A stretch of DNA of 64,000 bases from Chrysomallon squamiferum (Eukaryota; Animalia; Mollusca). A program made the translations under genes and the position numbers. Below are positions 39,958 through 54,165 of the stretch, in pieces (position 1 is the first letter of the stretch; each line of letters begins with the position of its first letter). Below the pieces are notes generated by a model, which was not told where the DNA came from, did not search any database, and was given only the letters and a program-made list of their open reading frames with translations. The stretch covers positions 5,456,001 to 5,520,000 of the forward strand of contig CM022667.1 of assembly GCA_012295275.1 (NCBI GenBank), in the 5' to 3' direction.

Positions 39958-40107
39958 TGACGTCACTGGGCAGACGTAATCAGAGAAGCATGATTGGAGT
40001 CAGTACTAAACATTAATATATTAGAACATTAATATATTAGAACATTAATGTTAAATACGAAACAGTCTTTTAACGATTTTGGTGAACCGTATTATCATTG
40101 ATTTACG
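39958..40107 (+). promoter_or_regulatory. Gene P2 core promoter and non-coding exon 1
   Basis: TGACGTCA 39958-39965, CAGACGTAATCAGAG 39971-39985, TCAGT 40000-40004, donor TACG|GTAGGT at 40107. Confidence 0.65.
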
Positions 40108-40610
40108 GTAGGTTTTAACATTTTATTCATTTCTTACACTTTTTAAATAATTAAATCGTAGTCTGTATAATGTGGAGGCTATACTATAAAGGTGAAGGAC
40201 AAAATGTCAACTAACGTCATCAAATATATAGGACTTTTTTTATGAATTATAAGTCAGTAACAGCTCCGTTTATTAGAAATACTAAATTGAATCTGTTTAT
40301 TTAGATTATTTTCTACCTCATTTGGTTTTGATATTTTAGTTATGACTATTGTTAAGACTTATACTAGTTTTCCTATAAGTAAATCCTATAAGTGAATAAA
40401 TATAATATTGCTATCTAAAATACTAAATTAGTAAATAGTATCGACTGAAATTGATTTTGACAGAAGTCAAAATAACTAAGATACAACCATCTGTCTGTAT
40501 ATATGTACGCATCTTTTGTTAGTACGCTATGTACGAAATGTTCAAAATCAGGTAATGTACATTTCAGGGTTGTATGGAAAAATTGGCACCTTATTTATTT
40601 TTTCTGTATA

Positions 40611-41331
40611 GGGTAAGGTGGGATAATTCTGGCCCCCTTTTCCATTCAACCTCACCTATAGCTTCAAAGACAAAAGGAAACAACAAACTGAAGTGAATAA
40701 TGTTTAGTCTATCCATTTCTGCTTCAAAACCCCCAAACACTATATTCATAGTGCTTAAACTTTTGAGCCTTTTCTTCTTCCTTCCCCTTCCGATCTGCCA
40801 ACTCTTCTTCATACCTTTCGTCTTCTGTCAGTTCCACGGCATTCCTCATCCTCTTGATTTTATTTTAAGTTTTACCATGGACTTTCAACTGTTTCAAAAA
40901 ACTTAAATAAAACTCAGAAAGAACTATATCAATGTCAAAACTGTTGATTTCACCACCACATATGGGGACCAGATTTGCCCCAAGTGGTGGAAGTAAATAA
41001 AACACACACCTTTTGCCTAATTACCACATATTAATCAATTTGCTTCTGTTGAACTTAATAATTGATTTTATATTTACCTGTTGTAAGTTATCACTAACCT
41101 TACATCTATAGAACTAAAAAAATAACCCTCACTTTTGAAACCTCAAATTGCACTTTTTTTAGAACCTTGTTGTTTTTACTACTTTTAAGGCCACTATAGT
41201 CCATGTGTAAATGGCTGATTACCTACATGTTTTTTTCTAATGAGAGATAGTAACATTCTATTTATGTCAACAAAGTTCAAGAAGACTGAGCAGAACAGAA
41301 TGGTGGGGGCGAGGATTACCCTACCTTACCC
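40611..41331. mobile_element. Non-autonomous Tc1/mariner-pogo-type DNA transposon
   Basis: TIRs GGGTAAGGTGGGATAATTCTGGCCCCC / GGGGGCGAGGATTACCCTACCTTACCC with TA on both sides (40609-10, 41332-33); absent from the paralogous intron at about 61.9 kb. Confidence 0.8.
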
Positions 41332-42057
41332 TAGTTCTTTAATATAAAAAAAACACTTATAAGAATTTTTGAAAGTACAGTTGGTTCATCCAATATTGTT
41401 ACATACGTGTATATTAATATATAGCATCACTCAGCTACTTGGTTTAGCTTAACAACAAAGTACTGTATTATATCAGTTTAATATTAAATAAACACACACA
41501 CACACACATACATATACCTATGTATATACAGACACACATATACAGGGTCATTCAAAAGTTGTTTTTCAGTACAGAATTCTGCAAATATGAAAGAGACTCT
41601 GAATCTGATAATTTTCATTCAAACATGAGAGGCATGGCTTATTTCCACACTTTTCTTTTGTGTCTCATTTTTGACCAGGTGTTATAAAAGGAAGTGTGCA
41701 TGACTTTAAATGTTTGTCACCTTTCACGACTTTTTTCAAAGAGTGTCTTTTTTAATCCTGAAAATGCGGGATATATATGATACCCAGAAGATATTTGAAA
41801 AGCTGCTGAGAACACAGCTGATCATCGAAACATACAGGCTGTTTAGCAAATTTAAGTTATAAACCCGAAATTGTTTCTTGATTTGTTGTCAAAGCAAAAG
41901 TGTACAGTCTTCATAATAGGAACCCAATGGTTCAGTAGGAAAATCAATAATGTCCCATTTTTTTCCCCGATTTGGTTTGGTATTGTGAAACAGCAATACC
42001 TACTTGAACTGTCTGACAGTAAGCATCTCCTTCAGTGTTTGTAACTCTCCCAGGGTC

Positions 42058-44121
42058 TTCACCATCAAACATCTTGAATGTTTTACTTAGGTTCAGTCTA
42101 GGTCAAAAAGATATTTTTATATCCACCTCACAAGACATTTAGCAACTAAATTGACAGTACGTTATTCTTTATTGATGCCATATGAGCTGCCTTTGGTTCT
42201 CTGAACATGGTGAACAAGCATCCAGCATATAATTCTCAGCTTTTGGTACCTTATTGGTGACAGCTTCATCTGACAGGTTGCAGGCATGGTCAGTTGTGCT
42301 TTGGCAAGGTCTGATTAATTGGGTTTCCTCAATATGTTGTTTACCTCAAAAAGACATGGAGGAAAAATAAAAGGTGGATGTGACAGAAAAATAATTAACA
42401 AAATAAATCGGTTACATAACTGAAACTGCCTACTAAAGCAGATCAAGGGAGTTGAAAATTGGTAGTAAAAATAAAATATGCAGTTGTCCCAGAAAACGTA
42501 TTAATAAAATAAACTGGATACATAATCTGAACTCTGTGAGGGTAACACTGCAGACCTTCTCTCTTAACTTTTTACTAATTGGGCTGATTGTTGTTCAGTC
42601 CTCTCTCATCTGTGTTGTTCTTTGGAGATGTTCTTTGAAGAATTTTGTACAGTGAAAACCATTTCTTTGGTGATGTTCTTTGAAGAATTTTGTACAGTGA
42701 AAACCATATAGGAATCTGCTATTATGCCATATGTGCTTCATCTGACAGGTGGCAGGCATGGTCAATTGTGCTTTGGCAAGGTGTGATTAATTGGGTTTCC
42801 TCAATATGTCGTTTGCATCAAAAAACACTATTGGTAATATACATAATTCATTCTGAAGAACCTCCTCCATATAAACTTTTTCTTCTCAGGATGTGAACAG
42901 TTTCCTCACGAAGAAAATGCATGACCGATAGTTCTCTCAGCGGTATTGTTGACAGCAGATACTTTAACTAGTGTACTTGCTTTTATTTTTGTTTACATGA
43001 TTTTTCTGCTGATACATAACAGCCAATATTAACATTATCCCGAGAAGAACTTCAGTTATTATATTTCTTAGTGCAGAATCTGTAGACAGTGGACTGTGCA
43101 ATTCAGATTCTTCCCTGATTTTGGCCGGGTCCATTTGATTCCTTTTCAGCCTGGCTTCAGTCCATTCCTTGTGCTATTCATTTGTTGTAAGTGCATGTTA
43201 ATTAAACTCCTGAATGGCAGTGTTGTATTCAGAGCCCATTGCAGCTGACATTGTCCAGAGGATACAGTGCTCCATGGCCATCCCACACCCTGAGGTAAGA
43301 TCTCCAGCAGACTGTCACTGAAATTTTCCACATTTTTCTACAGGGGTAGCAACAACTAATAAAACAAATTCTGCTCTTAAATATAATAATTATACCATTT
43401 ACAGTTTTATAAATCTATAAATTCAAATTATAATTCAGAATTTAACCTTATCATCTTTATTCATGTCATATTTGCTTTTAATAGACATTATAGAGGTTTC
43501 AAATTTAAATTTAATTTCAAGCATAAATTACTGTACTGAAAATAATATATTTTGACTTAAGTATATTATATTGTAAATGTGACAAATTAATTACTTCAGT
43601 ATATTATGAAAATATAGATCATAAATATTTATCTTATGTATGTTAGGAAAACTTTTTATAATTTATGCAGGATCTGGATTAGTCTCATTCAGGCTGAACA
43701 TAATTATAGGAAAACACTAAACAACAAAGTATACTACATTAACGATGAATTCAGTTTGAATAAAAATAAAATGAATTAATTATTGCTACTCTTGGGTGAA
43801 GTAGCTAATGTGAAGCTGATCTTACAGATCTCTGAGGGAAGAGTTCTTACAGAACCTTCAGTTTGTATCTTTGACTTGGGTTTTTAAGGTATTTTATTAA
43901 GTGATTAAAATTAGGTTGCATCAGTACATCTCTCATATCCTGTACCAGAGATGCCAGAATGATTCATTGGTTATATATGTTCAAAGATAGCATATGCAGA
44001 AGACTCGGGTAAATTACTTCATATTATTGATTCAGTTCCTTCTTTTGTGCCATATGACAATATGCGTTGTTCACAAGCCTTTGAGATCCACTGCCCTTGT
44101 TTTCCAAGCTAATTACCTTGC
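42058..44121. repeat. Segmental duplicate of 61981-64000 (P2 intron 1)
   Basis: Near-identical direct repeat of about 2 kb; this copy has an extra tandem duplication of about 44 bp near 42625-42670. Confidence 0.95.
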
Positions 44122-45088
44122 TGATGCACAAGAGATGAAAATGTTGACAAAAATCTTTCAGTTTCTTTCAACTAATTAGTATCATAATAGTGAGGAATGT
44201 GTATGGGATACAATTCATACTTGCTGTCATTTTCACTCACACTAATATCTTGCAACATAGAATTTCATCTCCATTGAGGAAACATAACACTTCATCAATT
44301 GAGCCCTTATTGCTACTAGACACTGTGATCAAGATGGGATGTAAATGAAATGAGCAAGAAGTATGAAAACAAGAATCCCTGTCCTTGTATAAGACAATGT
44401 GCATGTCCTGGTAAGAGCAATGGATCACTACAAAACATGTTGTGTTTAAACTGATTGTATCTGAGGACTTTATTTCAAGAGCAGAAGTTGATGTTTTCAA
44501 TATACACATGATACCGCCTATAAGCGAAAGGTGAAACAGATGACTGTTTTCCAACAACATTTCACTAAGTTCTGATGTCCATTTTCAAAACAAATAATTC
44601 TGTCATCCCAAAGGTATTAACTGTTCAGCCTTTGCTGCACTACTGTAGGTTTATAGCTTCAACTGTGTCCTGTAAAATGATTCTGAAAAGTGAAGATGAT
44701 CTGCTGTCAGCAGTAAATGCTCTAACGTACGTCACCACCACTCTAAGCCAATCTGATTTCCGAACATCAAGTTTAGAAAATTGTGACCAGATATTAGAGG
44801 CAAAGACCTCCGACAGTACATGAGTTTGTCCATACCCATTTCTGGTCATGATAAAAAATCTGAAGAAAAGAAAAAGAGAGACATTTAGGTTTATTTGCAG
44901 TAATTTGAAATGCAGAACAAAGCAAAATGTTCAATGGAGACTTCAAATTTTTTAAACAAAGACCTTAATATAGTCTTTTATCATTATTAATGAATTACTA
45001 GTGGCAGTTGAATTTATCCTGGATAACACGTGTTCAAACTTTGAAAGTTTACTGATATAAATGATGTAACTTTGTTCTTTCCACAGAA

Positions 45089-45158
45089 ATGGTTTTTGAC
45101 TGCACTGTTCTTCACATTGCTGTGATTACTTTTATCTTCACATGGGCCTCTGTTGAAG
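45089..45158 (+). CDS. Gene P2 signal-peptide exon MVFDCTVLHIAVITFIFTWASVE
   Basis: ttctttccacAG|AAATG; 70 coding nt; GAAG|GTGAGT. Confidence 0.88.
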
Positions 45159-45861
45159 GTGAGTGTTTTCCATGTCAGTTACATATTTCAAGCTATTTAT
45201 GAAAAATACAAATTTGGTGGCAGCTGATTTTGGCAGCTTACAATAATCATGTAATTGATTATTTTCTCAGTAGGTGAAACTTAATTGTTTAATGATTTTA
45301 TCAGTTCAAAAGTTTTACTTTCAACAAGTGAAATCATATTTGTAATATATGTTATCTGCAACGGTTGAAATCTAAGGTGCATCAGCAATTGGAAATGTGA
45401 GCAATATTGAACAAGTTTTGTAGAATATGTGGATCTGAGATTATCAAATAATCGATTTGGTTGTTCCCTATAGTAGTGCATAAAACTGAAGCAAAAATAT
45501 TTTAAATACAGTATGCATACTAAATTTCTGCAAACTGGTGAGAAAACAATAATAATTTTATAAGACCATGTTTCTTTATTTACACTTTCGTAAAAGTCAT
45601 TTGTAATATTTGGCATATTGGTGACAAATGCAGAAGTCAGATATGCTAGGTCTCTAAATCTGTTTTTCCTTAAGTTAACTGACACAGCCATGGGCTATAA
45701 TTCTTACTACATATCAATTCAGGATCATGTGACTTAAAAGGTCAAATTCAAACAAAAGATCAAAATGTTATGAGCCATTAACACACTGGCTGCAGGATAT
45801 CATAACAATATTCTAATAAAAATTATATTAAATACTTCATTAGCAATAGAATATAACTGTA

Positions 45862-45902
<41 letters not shown>

Positions 45903-46089
45903 GAACAGCTTTTCTCATTAATATAAAATGTCTTTTTTAAGATTCTGTTTCATTAGAAACAGAATATCTGTGTATTCATATATATATATATACAAACACA
46001 GGGCTCAAGCTAGGCTAGAAAATTGTTTATGTATTTATTTATCGCTGTCTATCATTCTCTTTATAAACAAATAAAAGTGTGTTTTACAG

Positions 46090-46422
46090 GTAAAGCACGT
46101 ACAGATATAGATTGCCTGGATGCACCAAAGGAATGGCAAGAGACAAAATTAACCTGTAAAGTGTCTGGTACAGTAACAGTTGGAGTAAAATATCTACGTC
46201 CAAATTCTGGAGAACCACAAGAAGTTTTGTCTTGTAATGGAGCTTCCTCTGAGTGTGATACAGGGAGTGGTATACCTGGATATACTTATGTAATAGACTC
46301 ATCTACACAAATCACACTTATTATAAAGTCTTTTAACAAAGCTGCCGACGAAGGAACATGGAGATGTACTGATGGCAATCCTCCTGGTATTGGTGATACT
46401 ACTTGCAGCAAAATAATTTCAA
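46090..46422 (+). CDS. Gene P2 Ig V-like exon (different subfamily, 6 Cys)
   Basis: ttttacAG|GT...TCA A|GTAAGT; 333 nt, phase 1-1; TKLTC...ITLII...DEGTWRC Ig motifs. Confidence 0.92.
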
Positions 46423-49090
46423 GTAAGTTGATAAAGATTATATAAAATATATTGTAAGTGATAAACAATTTCAGCTGTGTATTTGTCTGTCTGTTAAGGA
46501 TGGGGGAAGGGCAATTCCATCCAACTGTCAGATATTATCGTGAAAAAGGTTAATAAAAATAAATATATATTTCTGTTGCGATAAACTTTTATCAGATTCC
46601 AATTTTAAATCTAGGCAGTTTTATATTACAAAGTTAATGTATGTTTCAACCTGTGTTAGAAACCAGAATCTTAATGTAAAGTTTCTGTTAAGAACTCCTA
46701 AAACTTACTTAAATAATACTAATTACCGTATTCAGCATAATGTATTCCATTGTAAGAATAGTTTACTAAACATTGTTAATTTTTATTAGTTTTGAACTGT
46801 AGTTGACAAAAACTGCAAATGCTACAGTTGCAGATATATATATATATATATGTATGTATCTCAGAAAGTTTACACATTACTGACTTTACAGGATACATTC
46901 TTGACATAAGCTCTGAGAAGAAATATTCATTGTTCATTCATAATTTTATAGCATCTAATGTGAAGGTAACCAGATCCTCTACATGTTCTATTCTGTTATT
47001 TATCTACTTTATTGAAAACAAAATCTTCATATTAAACAACAAAAACATGCAACAGAAAACTAGGTGTCGAATGAAGTAAAACAGGAAAGGCCAGTTATGA
47101 ATTTCCTGAAATATTTATTTAAGATATGTGTGTCTGTGTGTGTGTGTGTGTATGTGTTAATCATGTCATACACTTACTAAATTGTGTAAATATGATTTTT
47201 TACATATAAAATATGCTATTACTGTGTTGTTGGTGGTACTATATTTACTGTTTTACACCTAGTTAGAATTCTTCTTAACACTACATTTTATTTTCCTTTA
47301 TATTTTGTTAGGCAAATACCTTATTCTTAGGGATCGTGTAATGGCATGTAACATGCTTCTTAATTAGATAATTATTATAGTGATTTTTTATTTTTTCTTC
47401 ACTACATGGCTTTGAGTTAAACATTTTCTTGGAGAATGTGAACTAGGGTCAAATACTGATATCAGCAGCAACAGAAAATATCTAATTTGATCAGTTGGTT
47501 GCAGCAAGTTATCATTATATAATATTAAAAGCTTGATAGTGCTCACATTTTGTAGGTTTAGTGTATGCCCACATATTTTCACTGAAAAACTAATGATCTA
47601 TCACATACTTCAAAGAAGTTGTTTTCTTCCTTACGTTTTATTCTAAAGTTATTGTATTGAATATGATAATGTTAATATTGGTTTTACTGCTCTAAAAAAA
47701 ATAAAATAAAATAAACTGATTGTGCTAAGAGTGTCAATAAATTTACATTTTGCAGTTCAAGCTATCTGTCTTTACTTACACTTATTTGGAATCAATTTTT
47801 AAAGAAATTTAATTGTTTTTAATCGAATCATAATAGATAAAGCAAATTTTTATTGTTTTTATCACAAAACACATTTGATTACTATGCTTCTTGCCATAAG
47901 TATTTGTTTTCAAAATGTTGTTTTGCAGTAAATTATTTCGTTTTTTTTGTTTGTTTTAGTGACATTTCTTAGCTGGAGTGAGAGATGTGGACATTGTAAA
48001 AGCCACATACCTGAAATTCAGTTATTTTGGGGATGTTTGAAAATAGGGAATTTATATACTTCTTATATATTATGAATTATTTTTTATGCTAAATTGATTA
48101 CATTTATTTCTTTAGCATTGTTTAAACTAACTGTCTTTCTTCATTTTTATTTAACAAACAACATAGGTACAAGTACAACATAAAAAGTTGGTGTTTCACT
48201 TCTTTATGAATATCAGATCATTTCAGAAGTGGTAAAAAATATAATTCATGTTCATTTGTTTTTAAAATGATTGAAAACAAACTCTACTGTTACTGCTTGC
48301 CTCATTGAAAAGTTGTTATCTTTCTAATTGATACACAGTGATTATCATATCAACAGTTTTGGCGAAGCACACATCTTCATGTTATGTTTTCATGTGTTTT
48401 ACATCCAAATCATCATAAAGGTAATACAATTTACTGTGTGTATATATGTATGTATGTGATTCTCACATTACTGATATTTCTTACTGTTGTGTATGTGCAA
48501 TAATTAAATTAAGACTATTTATTGTTACAAGTTAATTTTGTAATACTGTTATGGAATGTTATGTGTATACTTAGTATGCTTTTTTGTGTTTTCTTTTCTT
48601 ATTGATAGCAGGAACAGTAAGACAATATATTGTCTAAATCTGAGCTAAAGCCAGAATTGAAAAAGAATCATATTCAGTTTGAGACTGCTATTTTTTTCTA
48701 AATATTACAAAGCAGTTTTCTAAGATTGATACCAACACTAAATTAATTCCACCAACTGCAAATATCTTGAAAAAGAACCCAGTGCAGGGAAGATGTATGA
48801 TAAATAGGAAAAAGCAGAAGTTTAGTACATGCAGAATATTGATCAGTATCATAATACTAACATACTTCAAAACAAAAACTGAAAACAAATTGTTCTAAAA
48901 TCAAATTAAATCTGTCTTATATTATTTTGTTCTTGTGTTGTTAGTTTCCAAAATAAAATGACAGTTCTGTTATCATTATTTGTAATTTGTATCTAAATTT
49001 GTAACATATAACTCATGTAGGCCCTTTATAATGTTAATACTATTAATTATTTAAAATAACATTGTATCAAAAGTTAGAAGGTCTATAAAA

Positions 49091-49129
<39 letters not shown>

Positions 49130-50186
49130 GACTGCTACTACTATTACTACTACTAATTACAGAATGAAATCTAAAGACTCAACAAGAAAGAATCAACATT
49201 TTTAACAGTTGCTCCTCTTAGTAGTGCAATACTGGAAACCCTAACTATATACATAATGATGTTTCAGATTCAAGTCGTATTCTATATCAAGTTTGTGTGA
49301 ATACATTTAAAGCTTAAATCCATGATGTAATATTTGAAATGCAATTTCTATCTGTGAATAAATAATGTGACTGATTAGTAAAATGCTCCTAATAAAACTC
49401 TTTAAAACACAGCTGCTGTGAACACATACATGATGTTATGTATCCCTAACTTGTAGAAGAACAATTACTAACATAGTTATCCCGTATATCATGTTTACTT
49501 ATTTTACAAGGGTGCTAGTGATAATGCATGGATATGAAATGTGTATATATTTGTATTCATAGATGAAATTTTGAAATTTGTTTTAAATGTTGATGTTATT
49601 GGGTCAAAATCTTTTTTTATCTCAGGACTTCACAGAAACAGTAACATTAACAAATATAAAACTGTTAATGAAATAACCCTGAATACCAGTGTCATAAATG
49701 CAAGGAGCAGACTTAAGATCTTTGTGATTTCCCTAGAACAACCTTGTAAAATCAGAATCTTTGTATGTTGTGTGAAACTTTTCCTAGACCATTAATGCAA
49801 TTTAAAACATTGTGTATTTTTATTATTATTATTAATTGATGTAATTGAGTTTTGAAGAGTACATTTTTGTTTCTAGGTTTACAAAGAAATTTAAGTGACC
49901 ATTTTATAGTTTAGAAGATCTTTCTGATATATTACTACTATATTCACAATAAACTATATTTCTCTTACAATGATTTATTTAATACAAATACTTATACAGG
50001 CAGCAAATCAATATTATATATGTATTATTTACAATCTAAATTTTTATAAAAAACATTCTTATTTATCATAAAGAATAATAATGAAAAGAAAATTATTTTT
50101 TCATTTAAATTTTCTTTTTCCAATGTCATTGTTAACATTTGTTTCAATATATATATAGTTTTCTAATAAATAAATCAATAAACAAC

Positions 50187-50237
<51 letters not shown>

Positions 50238-52552
50238 ACCAAAATTATGATATTTATAATAATTGTTTAACTATTATCAGTATGTTTCACCTTTCATGAG
50301 AATTTAATCTAAATTGATTACATTTGTTTAATTCCTCTTTGAAGTAATGGATTTTATTAATACATAATCTCAAGCCTTAATAACATTATCTGTTTTCATA
50401 ATATTTTTCTTTTCTTTCCTGCTTCCTTGTTTCTTTATGAAACATCATTTAACAACTTACTCAGAACTGTCCCGTTTAATTTAAGATTTGTTTTCCAAAC
50501 TTCACTGAATACAAATTTCAATAATCTTTCTCAGATCTGTGCTAATAAAACTACCATTAGCCACAGGAATCATAGGAAATAGTTTTATGAAGTTATTAAC
50601 TGAAAACAGTGATTTCCTTCTAAACAGATAATGATCTGTAGAAATGTTTAACTTCTGTCCTAAAATAAATAACAGATGTTTTATGAAAAATATGGTCACA
50701 GCTGTAATCGAACACTGCTCTTTTTTCAGTAGACTTAGTCCAGATATGATAAAAACATTTCTTTCTTTCTTATTATTTAGTTATTTTTTTATTTTTATTA
50801 TTACTGTTGTTGTTGTTGTTGTTGTTATTATTATTATTGAATTGCATAAACAAATATCAGAAACTTTCTTAACCAGTACACTTCAATTATTGAATTTATA
50901 TTAAAACAAAATTGACCATGTAGAGTATATCAGCAGATTTTGTTTTATTGTCATAACTTGGATAGACTTTTGTTCTCATTAGATGTATTTCTTATTTAGA
51001 ACTCATTTTCAAACATTATGTCTATGATACATTATTATTTTAATTTCATAAAACCAGCTCAATGCAGAATTTCCTATACCTGTGAAGTATAATTAAAATA
51101 TTCAAGAAATTTTTTCATTTGAAAACAGAAAATATTAGAGATATATCATCTTATTTATAATAGTTTCCGTTTTGAACTGTCCTAAACAGAATTAAAAAAA
51201 TATTTTCTGGTTTACTTCGTTATTATTTTTAAATGTATTAATTTATTATAATTTAAAATAATTTTCACTATAGCCTGTCAGCTATATTACTACTTCATTT
51301 TAGTGATATGATATTTTAACAAATTATATGAAAATCCCATACACAGACCTTTCGACCTTGAAATTCACCTTGTGGATCACATGACCTTGAGATAATCTTT
51401 CTTGAAATTTAATCTCCCACATGTTAACTAAAACATATAATGGTTTCAGAGGTGTAATCTTTTTGTTTAGCCACAATATAGATTTTAAAAATGCATTCCT
51501 GCACGGATAATTGATACAATGCATCAGTGTGCATTGTCTACATGTATAAACTTCTCTGAGACCAAAATCTCATCTTTGGAGTCGAATTCCACATTACATG
51601 TCTGAAGGATATGAAAAGATGTCAAAAAACATAACATATTCTAAACAATGAGGCCCAAAGGGTTAACAGTACCAGTTTTATGAAGATTGGCCCTGTAGTT
51701 CCTGACATATGTGGGATCCCAATCAATAAAGTATACCAAGTTTCATAAAAATCCGATACGGTCAGGTTTCAAATTATTATTATTAATTTTTTTGGAGTGT
51801 GGTGTGATTTGATACGGAATGACCACAATGTATCTGAATGCCAGTATCACAGCAGATTAAGTTCATTGAGATCTCTCCAATATAACCTTGTAAAATATAT
51901 ATTTATTTATACATTCAAAATACCTATTCAGCTGAAGTTCACCACATGTTATGTGTCTTAATTGAGATTTCATCATGAAACGAGATTACTACAAAGCAGG
52001 TTATATGTCAGTAATTCTTTCAGCTCTACATTCACTACGTTATTTGACACGAGAAGCAACAAGCTCTGCCTTACATGTAACGGGCTCTTTGATCTGTCAT
52101 AGTGATGTGTGTTTTACATAATAAAATTAACTCAGTTTTGTGTGTCATATCGAGCTATTTTTTATGCCATAATGAGCTTTTTTTCTCCCTGTTACATTGA
52201 GCTCTGCTTTACGTTTTAAATTAACTCAGTTTTGTGTGTTATAACGAGCTATCCTTTATGTCACAATGAGCTCTGCTTTACGAGTTAGCGAGCTCTGTTT
52301 TATATCTTTTTACTATTTTTCACATTATATCTATACACATTCAAGTCTACACTGCATGTTGTAATAGGCTCTACATTATGTGTAAAACTTTCAAGGTTAT
52401 ATTTTATAAGTAAAAGAAAAAAATAAACACAATTAATGAAAGCATTCAGTAGATAAGTGTAGTGTTATGGCATTAAAATAAAAAAATAAAAATAATGCTA
52501 TGCATTAATGATCTTTTTAAATGAGATTATTGTTCTACTCTGATTTTAGCAG

Positions 52553-52616
52553 ATGACACATCACTTGCCACCCGCACAAGACCTGTACTATGGACAATTA
52601 CTGTGTGCATTATTTG
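52553..52616 (+). CDS. Gene P2 penultimate exon (xDTSLATRTRPVLWTITVCII)
   Basis: ttttagcAG acceptor, TG|GTGAGT donor, 64 nt; paralog of 38921-38984. Confidence 0.7.
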
Positions 52617-52621
52617 GTGAG

Positions 52622-52718
<97 letters not shown>

Positions 52719-52781
52719 AACTAAACCTTGTTAATTTGATTTCTTCAGGTAATTATATTTCTTGTATATTATTCATTGCAG

Positions 52782-52821
52782 CTTTGAGATCATCACTAGT
52801 GATTTACTTTCTCAGTACTGA
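52782..52821 (+). CDS. Candidate P2 terminal exon ((C)FEIITSDLLSQY*); an alternative acceptor at 52748 gives W*
   Basis: ttgcAG|CTTTGAGATCAT resembles P1 cAG|CTATGTGAAGATCAT; the choice of acceptor is ambiguous. Confidence 0.4.
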
Positions 52822-54165
52822 AAAAAAAAAGAGATATCACTGCTGGAATGTTCTTAAGAAATTTACTGTTGCTTGTTTCTGGGATTCGTTTTAAATAATA
52901 TTTAACTAATTAAATGGATTTTTTTTTCATTGATACATTTTTTCGTTTATATTTGGAAATAATTTTATGCATTGATGAGGCTTCTCAGAATTTTCTCTCT
53001 CTCTTGAAGATTAGGTATAAGCATTTGTTTTTCTTCTTTATTTTATTTTATTATGTTTATTTATGTTTTTGTTTAATATTATTTTTTTATATATCATTTT
53101 TTATGTAAATTGTTCTTTTCACACAACTTGCTCATGTTTCACGCATGTTTCACTTTCTGGCTTGTTTTAAAGTTTCTCTTTCAGTAACAGCCCAAGTTTA
53201 TTACAAATGTGATGTTCAACATGTTTATTTACTTTATTTACTACCTCATTTTGTTTAGATTTGTGTTAAGCTTTATAGTGAATGAATACTAGCTAGTTTT
53301 GAAGTAAATCCTATAAGTGAATAAATATAATGTTACTATCTCAAAAATTTGTGTTGTTATATTATCTGTTGCAACATAACCTAGGAAATTGTCTCTTCAT
53401 CAAATCTGTGAGTAACCAATATTTATTGTTATTTTATTTTGATTTGTTTTAACAACAGTTTACATGTTATTAGCAACTATGCTTATAGAGTTCTTGTTGT
53501 TGTTGTTATTATTATTCACCCATTTTGTTAATTAAAGCTCAGGCCAATATAATGGTGGTATCTATAATAGTTCTGGATTACGTGATAATTAAGTAAATGT
53601 GTGTATGTTTAGTTACGCTGACAGAATTTAATTTATAACTTAAAAATGTTATATTTTTTGTGAAAAGGTATTTTCATTACATACAAATAAAATCATAACT
53701 ACGTGACAGTAAAATGTTAAACAAGGAATTCAGAGGTCTGTCTGTATGTTGGTGTTTTGTGAATTGGATCGTTTTATTATTTGATTGTTCACTTCATTTT
53801 GTATTTTAATAATTACTGCAAATATTTTCTCATGGTTATCTATTTGAAACAAATTTGCATATTGAAGTATATAAGAAAAGTAGATTTATTGTATCATGTT
53901 CCATGATCTTAACATTTTATCAGTAATTATTCAATTAAATTAGACTAATTTTGTATATTTACTAAAAACAAATATTTCATTGTTGTCATTTAGATACACG
54001 TCTCTGAGTTGATGAAACATTTTAAGTATTGGCAACAATTGTAAATTTACCCTCAGTTGGTGTTTCCTGTTCCTTTGTAAACTGTTTGCATCCAAATGTA
54101 ACATTAATACTATTCTTATAATCTATCTATCTATATATTATTTTTGTTATTTTTACTGTTTTCAG

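Noticed and set aside
41543-42050. Possible Tc1/mariner remnant (TA-CAGGGT start; HFFP...NSNTYL-like peptide)
   Set aside because: No matching second TIR found and peptide similarity is marginal.
42265-42815. Direct repeat of about 80 bp, 470 nt apart, as a TRIM/LTR pair
   Set aside because: No TG...CA termini, PBS, PPT or TSD seen; more likely a local duplication.
42452-44849. Short ORFs in P2 intron 1, some duplicated at 62569-63766
   Set aside because: No recognisable domain and stops in all frames; their recurrence is explained by the recent segmental duplication.
48688-48888. Hydrophobic ORF as the missing transmembrane exon
   Set aside because: Wrong strand for P2 and no convincing splice sites; AT-rich DNA readily yields hydrophobic ORFs.
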